Below, one piece after another: positions 1 through 9,460 of a stretch of DNA of 64,000 nucleotides. The notes below the pieces were generated by a model. It searched no databases, was not told the origin of the DNA, and saw only the letters and a list, made by a program, of their open reading frames with translations. The DNA comes from Candidatus Nomurabacteria bacterium (GTDB lineage: Bacteria; Patescibacteriota; Dojkabacteria; SC72; JAHDCA01). The first letter of the stretch is position 1. Each line of letters opens with the position of its first letter. The stretch spans positions 1,546 through 65,545 of the forward strand of contig JACKFR010000003.1 in the NCBI GenBank assembly GCA_020632375.1. The letters run 5' to 3'. Position numbers and translations under genes: made by a program.

Positions 1-1
1 T

Positions 2-856
2 GATATCTCTGCAATAATCACTCAGCCTGATAAGCCAAAAGGTCGTGATCAAAAAGTCATAGAATCTGAAATAAAACTATATGCACAAGAGCATGATATC
101 CCTGTATTTTATACTCGAAACAAAGAAGAGCGGTATTCTGAAGCTTTAGATCTTTTTAAACCCGACCTAATTGTGTGTAAATCTTTTGGGGAAATAATTC
201 CAGGAGATTTTTTAGAAGCTCCGAAATTCAAGGCAATAAATATACACTTTTCTTTACTGCCGAAATATAGAGGGGCTGTCCCGATTCAAAAAGCGATCCT
301 TGATGGTGAAACAGAGACCGGTATTTCAATAGTGAAAATGGTTGCCGAGCTTGATGCAGGTCCAATTCTGGCTCAATTTAGAGAATCAATAAAGACTGAT
401 GATACAAATGAGACACTCAGAAAGAGGTTAGTTAAAAGATGTACAGATGTAATTGGTGATACTCTTGAAAAATGGATACAGGGTCAAATAAAGCCAGAAG
501 AACAAGACGACAAAAGTGCAACCTATTGTTGGAAAGCAGATATTTCTAAAGAAAAGGCCGAAATAAATTGGCAAGAAAAGAGTGCAGAAGAAATAGAAAG
601 GATGGTCAGAGCTTTTCTTCCATGGCCAGTTGCATGGACAGCTTTTAGAGAAAAAAGACTTAAAATATTTAAAGCCCAGCTTGTTGACAACAGCACTATG
701 CAAGTTAATCTAGCCCCAGGGCAATTTACATCACAGAGTGAACGACTCTTTATTGGTACAAACAGCTCTGATAAGCTTATCCAACCGATTGAGGTTCAAT
801 TAGAAGGAAAAACCGTGATGAGTGCATCAGAATTCATCCGAGGTCAAGAGTTTTAA
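2..856 (+). CDS. fmt: methionyl-tRNA formyltransferase, 5' end cut by window edge
   Basis: The frame is open from nt 2 (DISAIITQPDKPKGRDQKV...) and runs into listed ORF 173..856. TQPDKPKGR and INIHFSLLPKYRGAVPIQ are typical Fmt motifs, and a C-terminal domain is present. Confidence 0.9.
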   Translation, partial: DISAIITQPDKPKGRDQKVIESEIKLYAQEHDIPVFYTRNKEERYSEALDLFKPDLIVCKSFGEIIPGDFLEAPKFKAINIHFSLLPKYRGAVPIQKAILDGETETGISIVKMVAELDAGPILAQFRESIKTDDTNETLRKRLVKRCTDVIGDTLEKWIQGQIKPEEQDDKSATYCWKADISKEKAEINWQEKSAEEIERMVRAFLPWPVAWTAFREKRLKIFKAQLVDNSTMQVNLAPGQFTSQSERLFIGTNSSDKLIQPIEVQLEGKTVMSASEFIRGQEF

Positions 857-864
857 ACTTTTCA

Positions 865-1186
865 AAAGCAAGCATCTCATAAGCCGGATTCTGTTTAAAC
901 AGCCATCTATCTTTGCCCTGCCGCTCAAAGAGCGGATCGGTTGCTTCGGGTGGGGGTTACATTTCACAATCCCATTACTGATATTGCAGGTAGTCTCTTA
1001 CACTACCATTTCACCCTTACCGCACTGTTTATTCAACAATGAGGCGGTATCTTTCTGTTGCCCTTTTCTCCGAAAGATCACTCCCCCCCAGCTCTCGCTG
1101 GCACCCCTCTCGATATGTTCGAGAGACACTTGAAGTCCGGACTTTCCTCTAAGCATAGCTTAGCAGCTGTTTGAGATACTTGCGGC
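865..1186 (-). ncRNA. rnpB: RNase P RNA, bacterial type A, compact (~320 nt)
   Basis: The reverse complement contains AGAGGAAAGUCCGGACUUC, GGGGUGCCAGCGAGAGCUGGGGGGG, CGGUAAGGGUGAAAUGGUAGUGUAAGAGAC and ACAGAAUCCGGCUUAUGAG. Terminal P1 pairing is GCAAGUAUCUCA (1172..1183) with UGAGAUGCUUGC (868..879). Ends are approximate to +/-5 nt. Confidence 0.85.
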
Positions 1187-1268
1187 TACAATTATATCTT
1201 ATTTAAGCGTTGCGCTGAAGATTTAGTAGAAGTTCGCCCAAGACAGAAAATATGCTACGATAAAATGG

Positions 1269-2291
1269 ATGAAAAAGTTTGTGAATGCGAGTCGTTGGTT
1301 TTTGGGTATTGTAGTTTCATTGGTACTGCTTATCGTTGTATCAGTTGGCCTGGTACTAATACCGATCTCCCTTAATTTAAGCAGCTCTGACAAACTCCTC
1401 GAATGGATAAATGACAGTGGCATATACACATCTGCTACCGACATTGTTTTCGAAGAATTAAGTAAAGAGGCTGCACAGAGCCAAGATCTTGCAGACTTAC
1501 CGCTTCCTGAAGATGCTCTTAAAAAAGTTATTGGAGATGCCCTTACCCCTTCTTTTCTTGAAGAATCAACAAATAGCATGGTTCGCGGAGTCTATCTTTG
1601 GCTCAATGGAGAAACAGCTGTACCCCAATTCGAAATAAGCTTAACTGAAAGAGAAGGCCAGATTACACTTGCATTAAATCAAGCATTGAAAGAAAAGCTT
1701 AATGGACTTAAAGAATGCCCTACTAAATACATGCCAAGCTCTGGTTCTGATTTTAATCCTTTTGAAGCTGAGTGCCTTCCCCAAGGCATAGACATCGAAA
1801 GCGAGATTACAAAGATAACTGGTGAATTCCTAACCCAAGCGGATTTTATAAGTAAAGCACAAATAAGCGGTGATAGTCTACCTATAAGCCAAGATATACT
1901 AATAAACGGCCCAATTGCTTTCAAATGGTTTAAGCTTGTGCCCTTTATTATCTGCGGTTTGGTTGTATTGCTAGCAGGTATGATCGCTCTGTTAATTCCT
2001 GGAACAAGATCGGACTTCGCAGTAATTTCTTTTCCCTTAGGAATTGTCGGGTTAATCGGAGTTGTTATGTATATTGAAAAGTCATTACTTTCAAGGCAAC
2101 TCAAGATGACACTTCCTCTAGATTCAATGGCTGAAAGCAGCATCCAAATTAATAATGTTATTGAACGGCTTTTAAACAGCGTTACAAATGACGTCTTTCA
2201 GGTCATGCTGGTAATTAGCCTGTCTCTCATTGGAGTAGCAAGCACGATGATATTGACTCAGGTTCTTCTCAACCGGAGAAATTCTTCATAA
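1269..2291 (+). CDS. hypothetical membrane protein (N-terminal TM, several C-terminal TM helices)
   Basis: 340-aa ORF with hydrophobic stretches WFLGIVVSLVLLIVVSVGLVLI, FIICGLVVLLAGMIALLI and VISFPLGIVGLIGVVMYI. No family recognised. Confidence 0.55.
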   Translation: MKKFVNASRWFLGIVVSLVLLIVVSVGLVLIPISLNLSSSDKLLEWINDSGIYTSATDIVFEELSKEAAQSQDLADLPLPEDALKKVIGDALTPSFLEESTNSMVRGVYLWLNGETAVPQFEISLTEREGQITLALNQALKEKLNGLKECPTKYMPSSGSDFNPFEAECLPQGIDIESEITKITGEFLTQADFISKAQISGDSLPISQDILINGPIAFKWFKLVPFIICGLVVLLAGMIALLIPGTRSDFAVISFPLGIVGLIGVVMYIEKSLLSRQLKMTLPLDSMAESSIQINNVIERLLNSVTNDVFQVMLVISLSLIGVASTMILTQVLLNRRNSS

Positions 2292-2347
2292 AAACTTTGT
2301 AAAAATGAAATGTTGCGCTTTTAAAATAGAGATTATTAGATAATCTC

Positions 2348-3751
2348 TTGATTATGTTTTTTAGAGCGATAACATTTATTCCTAATTTACCCTTCGCCAA
2401 AAAAGTGTTTGTAGAGGCAACCGTCATGAAAGGTTTGCCTTTGACAAAGATCTATGGTGTGAGTCAGGGATCGTCAAGAGCATTAAAAGACAAGCTCTAT
2501 TCTGCGATGAAAATCAGCGGTTTTAAAATCCCGCAGCGAAAAATTACAGTGAATTTCTCTTCTGAGATCTCTAAAGGAGAAAATTTCCACGAACTCCCAA
2601 TTGCAATTGCCATACTCGCAGCATCCAAGCAAATCAAACTTAATGAAGAAGTTTTCGCTTTCGGAAAGCTGGGGCTAAATGGAGAGGTTAATAAATCAAA
2701 TGGAATCTATCTATTCTTAGAGGGAGTCTCAAAAACTAATAGAAACAATCCTGTCATAATTGCGAATACAAATCAAAATGAAGTAGAACTTGCATTCCCA
2801 AAGCTCCAAGTATCTACGATTAAAACGCTTTCTGAGTTGAGGAAGCTCCCAACAAAGAATAAAAACACCAAAGTGAAATACCTGCAAGAAGAGCCTATCA
2901 GCCAGATCTCTTTCTATGTACCTCAAAATATTCATAGAGCTCTTAAGATTGGAATGACAGGTAGGCACAGCATGCTGCTGCTTGGCCCTCCTGGCTGTGG
3001 CAAAACAACTCTTGCCCATGAATTAAGAGAATCTTTACCTCAGGCTAACAAAGAAGAGATTCTGCACATATCAAAAGCATCCAGTCTTCACTCAGATGAT
3101 ATTGTGAAAAATAAAAGGCCACTAACCGAACTTAATCTATCAAATTTTAAATCTATCAAAAACTTTTTTCCTAAGCAGATTGTTTTTTCTGCTGGGGGAG
3201 TATTGCTCATTGATGAGCTTTTCAGAATAAATAAGAGTTTATTATATTCGCTCATGCAGCCCCTTGAAAAGAATCGAACTAGTTTCGATGACGGAAGTAT
3301 TTTACCTGTAGATTTACAATTTATTGCAACGGCGAATCCATGCAGGTGCGGGTACAGCGGCATTGATGATAACCGATGTAAATGCACCGCATACCAGCTG
3401 GTTCAATATAAGCAAAATGTTTCAAAGGCTTTTCTTGACAGGATAGACTTGATTATAAAGCTGAATCCCTCACCAAATGGGAATACAAAAAAGCTTCAAA
3501 TAAGCGAGCTAATACCATTAGATTGGCGACTTGCAAGAAGTAGGACAACACATCAATACAATGTCAAAATGTCGATAAAAGCTCAACATTATCTAGAAGT
3601 CATGATTGATAAAAGGAGAATTTCAATCCGGGACAAAGTAAGAATTACCAATCTAGCTCAAACAATCTCATATATTGAGAAATCCCGAAAGATAAGATCT
3701 GACCATATCATTGAGGCATTTGCACTGCGTGAAAGCGGAAGAGATTTTTAA
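2348..3751 (+). CDS. comM: Mg-chelatase-like AAA+ ATPase, ComM/YifB family
   Basis: The N-terminal Lon-like part GLPLTKIYGV...ELPIAIAILAASKQI resembles the ComM N-domain. Walker A is LLLGPPGCGKTTLA, Walker B is VLLIDEL, and ATANPCRCGY is the Zn-ribbon-like insert. Exact start is uncertain. Confidence 0.8.
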   Translation: MIMFFRAITFIPNLPFAKKVFVEATVMKGLPLTKIYGVSQGSSRALKDKLYSAMKISGFKIPQRKITVNFSSEISKGENFHELPIAIAILAASKQIKLNEEVFAFGKLGLNGEVNKSNGIYLFLEGVSKTNRNNPVIIANTNQNEVELAFPKLQVSTIKTLSELRKLPTKNKNTKVKYLQEEPISQISFYVPQNIHRALKIGMTGRHSMLLLGPPGCGKTTLAHELRESLPQANKEEILHISKASSLHSDDIVKNKRPLTELNLSNFKSIKNFFPKQIVFSAGGVLLIDELFRINKSLLYSLMQPLEKNRTSFDDGSILPVDLQFIATANPCRCGYSGIDDNRCKCTAYQLVQYKQNVSKAFLDRIDLIIKLNPSPNGNTKKLQISELIPLDWRLARSRTTHQYNVKMSIKAQHYLEVMIDKRRISIRDKVRITNLAQTISYIEKSRKIRSDHIIEAFALRESGRDF

Positions 3752-4140
3752 CGTTTTGAAAACTGAGGCTTCTTTCTACTCTTTATATGGTCGTAAAGCT
3801 TTCTTTCCACCATTCTCGGATCCCGAGTAGCTAGATTATGCTTGCGAAGTACTGGTTTCTGTTCTGGATCCATTTTATATATAGCACGAGCAAGACCGAG
3901 CCTGATAGCACCTCTTTGACCGCTGGTACCGCCGCCACTAACTTTTGCAGTAAAGTAATATTCACCTTCAAGATTAGTGACCTTTAATGGCATAAGAAGA
4001 AGATTCAGATCCATCTTCTTAGAAAAATATTCTTCCAATGGAGTATCATTGACAACACTTGGTTTGTTGCCTTTGTATATTCTGACCCTTGCTGTTGACG
4101 TTTTTCGTCTTCCAATGCCTTCAAAGAATTTATCAGCCAC
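3748..4140 (-). CDS. rpsI: 30S ribosomal protein S9
   Basis: GGGTSGQRGAIRLGLARA and the C-terminal RKKPQFSKR are S9 signatures. Follows rplM with a 1-nt overlap. Confidence 0.95.
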   Translation of the reverse strand: MADKFFEGIGRRKTSTARVRIYKGNKPSVVNDTPLEEYFSKKMDLNLLLMPLKVTNLEGEYYFTAKVSGGGTSGQRGAIRLGLARAIYKMDPEQKPVLRKHNLATRDPRMVERKLYDHIKSRKKPQFSKR

Positions 4141-4586
4141 TAGTTTTTAGATAATAATTTATATTCAACTGGTTTCTGTGCGCTGTGGCCATGCTCTGAG
4201 CCCGTAAACAGGTAAAGACGCTGCATTCTTCCATCTCTGAGCTTATCTTTTGGAAGCATGTTTTTTACTGCAGTTTCAATAACAAAGCGAGAATCTTTTT
4301 TCATTTGTTTATCAAATCTAATAGTCTTGAGTCCACCTGGATATCCTGAGTGTCTGTAATAATGTTTTTTAACCTCTTTACCTCGGGTGAGCTTAATCTT
4401 ATCAGTATTTATAACAACTACATGATCTCCACAATCGAGATTCGGAACTCTCTGAACCTTATTCTTACCAAGAAGTAGTGAAGCGATCTGAGTTGCTGCA
4501 CGACCCAAAACCTGGTCTGAAATATCAACTACATACCATTTGCGAGTTATATTTTCTTTTTTCAACCAATCAGTTTTCTGATTCAT
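4140..4586 (-). CDS. rplM: 50S ribosomal protein L13
   Basis: RKWYVVDISDQVLGRAATQIASLLLGK is the typical L13 N-terminus. Confidence 0.95.
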   Translation of the reverse strand: MNQKTDWLKKENITRKWYVVDISDQVLGRAATQIASLLLGKNKVQRVPNLDCGDHVVVINTDKIKLTRGKEVKKHYYRHSGYPGGLKTIRFDKQMKKDSRFVIETAVKNMLPKDKLRDGRMQRLYLFTGSEHGHSAQKPVEYKLLSKN

Positions 4587-4604
4587 AGTAGTAACCTTAA
4601 AAAA

Positions 4605-5159
4605 CTAAAGACCCGATCTAACATTTGATCTACCCTTATTACCTCTAAAACCTTTGATAGATTTCCCAATTTTATTGGAAATTTTCTCTTCTTCTTCTCT
4701 TGCCTGAGCTTTTTCTAAATCATGATCATCTTTTGAAATAGCTGCTTTGCCTTTAACCTTAGTATCCTGTTTCTGAGAAGAAGACTTCTTAGATTTCTTT
4801 TTGGAAGCCTTTTCAAAAGACATCAGCGAAACTCTTGATACCTCTGCATTATCTCCATCGCGGAATCCCACTTTTCTTATCTGAACAGAGGCAGCAGACT
4901 TCTTAGAATAAGCAATTACAGCTTTCGCGATTCCATCTCCTCCAAAAATATTCATCATAGATCTGTACGTTACAAGGTCGTTTTTAGAGTCTCTCGCTTT
5001 AGAAATAACACTCTCAGCATTTGCTTTTAAGACTTTTGCTTTCTGAGAAGTCGTCTTAAGCTCGCCATGTTGAAAAAGAGATCTCAATTGGTTCATAACC
5101 AACGCTCTTCGATGACTCGCTTTCCTTCCTAATTTTTTTCGACCTAAAAGTTTCTGCAT
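4605..5159 (-). CDS. rplQ: 50S ribosomal protein L17 with ~65-aa Lys-rich C-terminal extension
   Basis: LGRKASHRRALVMNQLRSL is the L17 core. At 184 aa it is much longer than the usual ~120 aa, with tail KKKSKKSSSQKQDTKVKGK... Confidence 0.9.
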   Translation of the reverse strand: MQKLLGRKKLGRKASHRRALVMNQLRSLFQHGELKTTSQKAKVLKANAESVISKARDSKNDLVTYRSMMNIFGGDGIAKAVIAYSKKSAASVQIRKVGFRDGDNAEVSRVSLMSFEKASKKKSKKSSSQKQDTKVKGKAAISKDDHDLEKAQAREEEEKISNKIGKSIKGFRGNKGRSNVRSGL

Positions 5160-5164
5160 AATTA

Positions 5165-6124
5165 TTACGACATCAATTCAATACCGTACTGATTCAAAAG
5201 ATCCATAACTTCGATCAAACATTTATTACCAAATCCAGGCAGACCAAGCAATTGAGTCGCAGAAGCTCCTGCAAGATCCTCGACCGTTTCAAATCCACCT
5301 GAGAGAAGTGCTGATTTTGATCTCTTTGAGATAGGCAGATCATCTACCTTCCATGATTTCACTTCGTTGCCCGCAGAATCATTCGTTTCTTCAGTAACAA
5401 TCTCCTGAGAAGAAGAAGCCATTTCTTCAACCTCTTCAATAGGTACTCCAAGTGCCGCCATTACTCTACCAGCAAAGTCTTGCAATATGGAAGCACTACT
5501 AAGCATTGCATCTATTGGTTTTATGCTTCCATCTGTTTCAATATTAATAGTCACTGCATCAAGATCTGTTTCCTGACCTTTACGGGCGCTTGTAACATCA
5601 TAGCTAACAGCTAATACAGGGCAAAAATCTGCGTCAATAGGTATTCTTCCGACTTCGGATCTTTCAGACTCTTGTGCCTCTCTAAAACCGTGTCCACTTT
5701 CAACAACTATTTCCATGCTTAAAGTAGCAGTCTTTGATGTCAGAGTTGCAATATGTGTATCAGCATTAGAAATCTGTACAGAACCAGTAAGCTTTATATC
5801 TGACGCTTTAATATCTTTTGCGCCTTTGACCTCTAAAGTACAAACTTGAGGCTCATCACTATCACACTTAAACCGAATAGCTTTAAGATTTAATATAATC
5901 TCGAAGACATCTTCTTTTATACCTTCAATGGTCGAATACTCGTGATCGATACCTTTAATCTTAACGCTTGTTATAGCAGCACCCTTCAAGCTCGAAAGAA
6001 TTATTCTTCGCAGTGAATTAGCAAGAGTGTGGCCATAACCCCTTGGTAAAGGAGATATCTCATAAGATCCTCGACTACCTTCCTCGTTCTTAATTTTGAC
6101 TTTAAGGTCTTTAAACTGAATCAT
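5165..6124 (-). CDS. rpoA: DNA-directed RNA polymerase alpha subunit
   Basis: GYGHTLANSLRRIILSSL is the alpha N-domain motif. A C-terminal HhH-like domain (SKSALLSGGFETVEDL) is present, and the gene sits in the alpha-operon position. Confidence 0.95.
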   Translation of the reverse strand: MIQFKDLKVKIKNEEGSRGSYEISPLPRGYGHTLANSLRRIILSSLKGAAITSVKIKGIDHEYSTIEGIKEDVFEIILNLKAIRFKCDSDEPQVCTLEVKGAKDIKASDIKLTGSVQISNADTHIATLTSKTATLSMEIVVESGHGFREAQESERSEVGRIPIDADFCPVLAVSYDVTSARKGQETDLDAVTINIETDGSIKPIDAMLSSASILQDFAGRVMAALGVPIEEVEEMASSSQEIVTEETNDSAGNEVKSWKVDDLPISKRSKSALLSGGFETVEDLAGASATQLLGLPGFGNKCLIEVMDLLNQYGIELMS

Positions 6125-6145
6125 TCTATAAATTATTAAATAATT

Positions 6146-6763
6146 TTATCTTGAGTAGAACTCAATTATTAGGTTTTCTTGAATTCCTTCATCGATATCG
6201 TCACGACTTGGAAGATCCAAGACTTTACCACCAAGGTTTTCTGCTGCCAACCATGTTGGTGAGTCAAAAAATGGCTCAGCAGGCTTCAAATGCTTTTTTG
6301 TTTCTTTCAGTGCGATAATGTCTCCTATTTGAACATTATAAGAAGGGATATTAAGAACCTGATCATTAACTTTAACATGCTTATGAGTCACGTATTGTCT
6401 TGCAGCAGCACGAGAAGGAGCCAACCCAAGCATATAAACGACATTATCAAGTCGAGTTTCAAGAATTCTCAAGAATTCAAGACCGCGATCTGTTCCAGAA
6501 GTCTTTGAGACTCGGACAGCTTCTTTGTACATATTTTTAAGCTGTCTCTCACGTACTCCGTAAATTCTCTTCACTGCTTGCTTTTGTCTAAGTTGTAATC
6601 CGTAGTTAGAGAGCCTTGTTCTTCTGGCATTTCCATGTTGTCCAGGAGGGTATGGTTTTCTTGCAACAGCGTTCTTTTCAGAAAAAGAACGTGCACCCTT
6701 TAGAAAAAGATTTATCCCTTCTCTTCTACTTAGTTTACCTTTTGGACCAGTGTATCTTCCCAT
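6146..6763 (-). CDS. rpsD: 30S ribosomal protein S4
   Basis: MGRYTGPKGKLSRREG N-terminus and an S4 RNA-binding domain. Confidence 0.95.
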   Translation of the reverse strand: MGRYTGPKGKLSRREGINLFLKGARSFSEKNAVARKPYPPGQHGNARRTRLSNYGLQLRQKQAVKRIYGVRERQLKNMYKEAVRVSKTSGTDRGLEFLRILETRLDNVVYMLGLAPSRAAARQYVTHKHVKVNDQVLNIPSYNVQIGDIIALKETKKHLKPAEPFFDSPTWLAAENLGGKVLDLPSRDDIDEGIQENLIIEFYSR

Positions 6764-6782
6764 CTTAATAATTCAATTTAAA

Positions 6783-7166
6783 CTAGTTTCTAGGTGCTTT
6801 TCTCGGTCTACATCCATTGTGAGGCAGAGGCGTTCTATCTGCCAACAGTGTTATATTCAGACCAGCAGAATCAAGTCCTTTAACAGCTGCATTCCTACCT
6901 GACCCAGGGCCTGCAAGATAGACTTTAACTTCTCTAAGTCCGTATTTTTTTATAGCTTTCTGCGCTGCATCTATAGCTGCTTTAGTAGCTGCAAATGCAG
7001 TGCTTCGTTTTGATCCTGAAAATCCAACCACTCTAGGACTACCCTGTACTAACGTATTCCCTTCAGTATCACAAATTGTGATTATTGTGTTATTAAAGGA
7101 AGCTTGAATATATGCAACCCCTGCTTGTACTGTTTTTTTACTTTTCTTTTTTGTCGCTGCTGCCAC
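6783..7166 (-). CDS. rpsK: 30S ribosomal protein S11
   Basis: IQASFNNTIITICD and the C-terminal PHNGCRPRKAPR are S11 motifs. Confidence 0.95.
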   Translation of the reverse strand: MAAATKKKSKKTVQAGVAYIQASFNNTIITICDTEGNTLVQGSPRVVGFSGSKRSTAFAATKAAIDAAQKAIKKYGLREVKVYLAGPGSGRNAAVKGLDSAGLNITLLADRTPLPHNGCRPRKAPRN

Positions 7167-7185
7167 TTAAGCTGTATTCTCCAAA

Positions 7186-7572
7186 TTAAGTTTTTGTTAT
7201 CTTTGCTTTCAATCCCCCGACTGGTACACGACTCTTACCTTTTCTTGTTCTAGCATTTACTCTAGTTCTCTGTCCTCTTACAGGAAGCCCCGCTTTATGT
7301 CGAAGACCTCTGTATGATCTGATATCTTTTAATCTTTTTATATCTCTGAAAATTCTTTGACGCAGTTCACCTTCTATTTCGTACCCATCTTCAATAACCT
7401 TACGCAGATCGTTAAGTTCTGATTCAGTAAGATCTTTTGTAAGCATCTCGCCATCAACTCCTGCGCTTTTGACAATTTCAGCAGCAAGCGAATTACCAAT
7501 TCCGTGTATATATGTAACTGCAATCTTTACTTTTTTATTATCAGGAATCTCTACACCTGCGATTCTTGCCAT
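7186..7572 (-). CDS. rpsM: 30S ribosomal protein S13
   Basis: MARIAGVEIP N-terminus and YRGLRHKAGLPVRGQRT. Confidence 0.95.
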   Translation of the reverse strand: MARIAGVEIPDNKKVKIAVTYIHGIGNSLAAEIVKSAGVDGEMLTKDLTESELNDLRKVIEDGYEIEGELRQRIFRDIKRLKDIRSYRGLRHKAGLPVRGQRTRVNARTRKGKSRVPVGGLKAKITKT

Positions 7573-7588
7573 TAATCAGTTCAATAAA

Positions 7589-7705
7589 TTAACCTTGCCT
7601 TTGGTTATGGTTACGATAAACTCGACAATAAACATAAACACGCCCTTTTCTACGGACGATATAACAGTGGCGACATCTTTTCTTTACAGAAGATTTAACT
7701 TTCAT
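7589..7705 (-). CDS. rpmJ: 50S ribosomal protein L36 (not in the supplied ORF track)
   Basis: Hand translation of the reverse complement gives [38 protein letters not shown]. Cys11/Cys14/Cys27/His33 are spaced as in L36. The ATG overlaps the infA TGA (ATGA). Confidence 0.9.
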   Translation of the reverse strand: MKVKSSVKKRCRHCYIVRRKGRVYVYCRVYRNHNQRQG

Positions 7706-7938
7706 GCTTTTGTCCTATAAACTATCCGACCAAGCTTAGGATCATAAGGAGTAAGCTCCATTTTCACCATATCGCCTTTCATAATCCTTATATAATGCTT
7801 TCGCATTCTTCCAGACATATAACCAATAACTTCATGTGTGTTACCATCTACTTCTATCTCAATCAAGTATTTACTTTCAGGAAGGCACTCTTTCACCTTT
7901 CCTTCAACTTCTATTACTTTTTTGCTATCTGGAACCAT
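7702..7938 (-). CDS. infA: translation initiation factor IF-1
   Basis: [28 protein letters not shown] is the IF-1 S1-like motif. Confidence 0.95.
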   Translation of the reverse strand: MVPDSKKVIEVEGKVKECLPESKYLIEIEVDGNTHEVIGYMSGRMRKHYIRIMKGDMVKMELTPYDPKLGRIVYRTKA

Positions 7939-8061
7939 TAAGCAAAAACCCTTTATATTACCTTAAATCTATACCCTACTAAGAATCCCTCGGATTATAG
8001 CAAAGAGGCCTTAGATATGCAATAAACTCTCTGATTTTGATGACAAATGGATCTTGTGAGC

Positions 8062-8808
8062 TTAGTCCCAGTTTGTCAGAATCTCAGGGGTCTCATCAAC
8101 AACTATCGTATGTTCGAAAAGTGCTGAGAGCATACCATCTTCAGTATAGGTTGTCCACCCATCTTCAGCCGATATACAAATCTCTGGACTTCCTTCATTA
8201 ACAATAGCCTCAATTGCCAAAGTCTGCCCTCTGTATAGAGTTTCTCCCCGACCTGGTCTGCCATAACCAGGAACATATGGATCTTCATGCAAATGATGTC
8301 CTATGCCATGCCCGACCATTTCTCTAACAACTGAATAGCCTGCCTTTTCAACAACTTTCTGCATTGCGGCGCCGATATCTCCGACCTTATTTCCTGGAAC
8401 TGCCTTACTTACACCTGCAAGTACTGCGTCTTTTGTTGCACTAATGAGCTTCTTTTCTCTTAACGTGATTTTACCGACAGGGAAAGTAAATGACATATCT
8501 GAATAAACGCCTCTGTATTTAATGCCAAAGTCTACACCAAGAATATCTCCTTTTGACAAAACTGTTGTATCGGGGATCCCGTGTACAACTATATCGTTTA
8601 AACTCGCACAGATTGATGCAGGGAAACCTTCATAACCCTTAAACGCTGGTAGAACATTCATATCGCGAGAGAGCTTTTCTGCAAGGTTATCTATCTCAAT
8701 TATTTTTACCCCTGGGGAGATAGCTTTACCTAACTCAGAAAATATCTTTGAGCATATCTTTCCGGCTTCTCGCATATCATTTATCTTTGCCTGGTCGTAA
8801 TTCTTCAT
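8062..8808 (-). CDS. map: type I methionine aminopeptidase
   Basis: VVHGIPD, DFGIKYRGVYSD, GHGIGHHLHEDP and ALFEHTIVV match the MetAP metal-ligand blocks. Confidence 0.95.
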   Translation of the reverse strand: MKNYDQAKINDMREAGKICSKIFSELGKAISPGVKIIEIDNLAEKLSRDMNVLPAFKGYEGFPASICASLNDIVVHGIPDTTVLSKGDILGVDFGIKYRGVYSDMSFTFPVGKITLREKKLISATKDAVLAGVSKAVPGNKVGDIGAAMQKVVEKAGYSVVREMVGHGIGHHLHEDPYVPGYGRPGRGETLYRGQTLAIEAIVNEGSPEICISAEDGWTTYTEDGMLSALFEHTIVVDETPEILTNWD

Positions 8809-8810
8809 GA

Positions 8811-9458
8811 TTACAAACCTAAAACCTTGACTACTTCATGATGAATTTCTTCAATTGACGGGGCAGCATCAATCTCAATAAGGATACCTCGTGATCTATA
8901 CTCACTGAGAATCGGCTCGATGCTTTCCCTGTAAAAAGACATCCTTTGCTTTATAGCATCAGGTTTGTCATCTGATCTCTGGATCAACTGAGTTCCATCT
9001 TTATCACAGATGCCTTTGATCTTTTCTTTCTTATACTTTTCGTGATAAGTAGTCCCATCTTTTGGGCAATACCATCTTAAAGAAAGCCTATCAATAGCGG
9101 CTTCCTCAGATAAAGCAAAATGAATGAAATGATCAAGTTTTCTGTCGAATTTAGCTAGAAGATCGTCAAAACGACTTATTTGGTCTACAGCGCGGACAGT
9201 TGAAACAAAGTACCAAGGTTTAGCAGGATCAAACTGTTTGCACCATTCTTCAAGAAGCTGATATGTCAGTTCTGTCGGGACTAAATTCCCCTTTCCCCAG
9301 TATTCATTGGCCTTTTTCCCAAGTTCTGTACCCTGCTCAAACATTCGACGAAACATATCACCAGTACCAATTCGTTCAAAATCTACAAGTTTTTCAAGTA
9401 GATCGAGTTGAGTATCTTTTCCAGAACCGGAAGGGCCATGAAAATGCAAAGTATTCAT
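8811..9458 (-). CDS. adk: adenylate kinase (divergent P-loop and NMP-binding region)
   Basis: P-loop GPSGSGKDTQ, IGTGDMFRRMFEQGTELGKKA, and lid YCPKDGTTYH...CDKDGTQLIQRSDD. Sits in the canonical secY-adk-map position. Confidence 0.85.
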   Translation of the reverse strand: MNTLHFHGPSGSGKDTQLDLLEKLVDFERIGTGDMFRRMFEQGTELGKKANEYWGKGNLVPTELTYQLLEEWCKQFDPAKPWYFVSTVRAVDQISRFDDLLAKFDRKLDHFIHFALSEEAAIDRLSLRWYCPKDGTTYHEKYKKEKIKGICDKDGTQLIQRSDDKPDAIKQRMSFYRESIEPILSEYRSRGILIEIDAAPSIEEIHHEVVKVLGL

Positions 9459-9460
9459 GT

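Noticed and set aside
822-1133. 103-aa plus-strand ORF listed in the track
   Set aside because: It lies entirely antisense to the RNase P RNA, whose conserved blocks explain the sequence. The product has no protein-like features.
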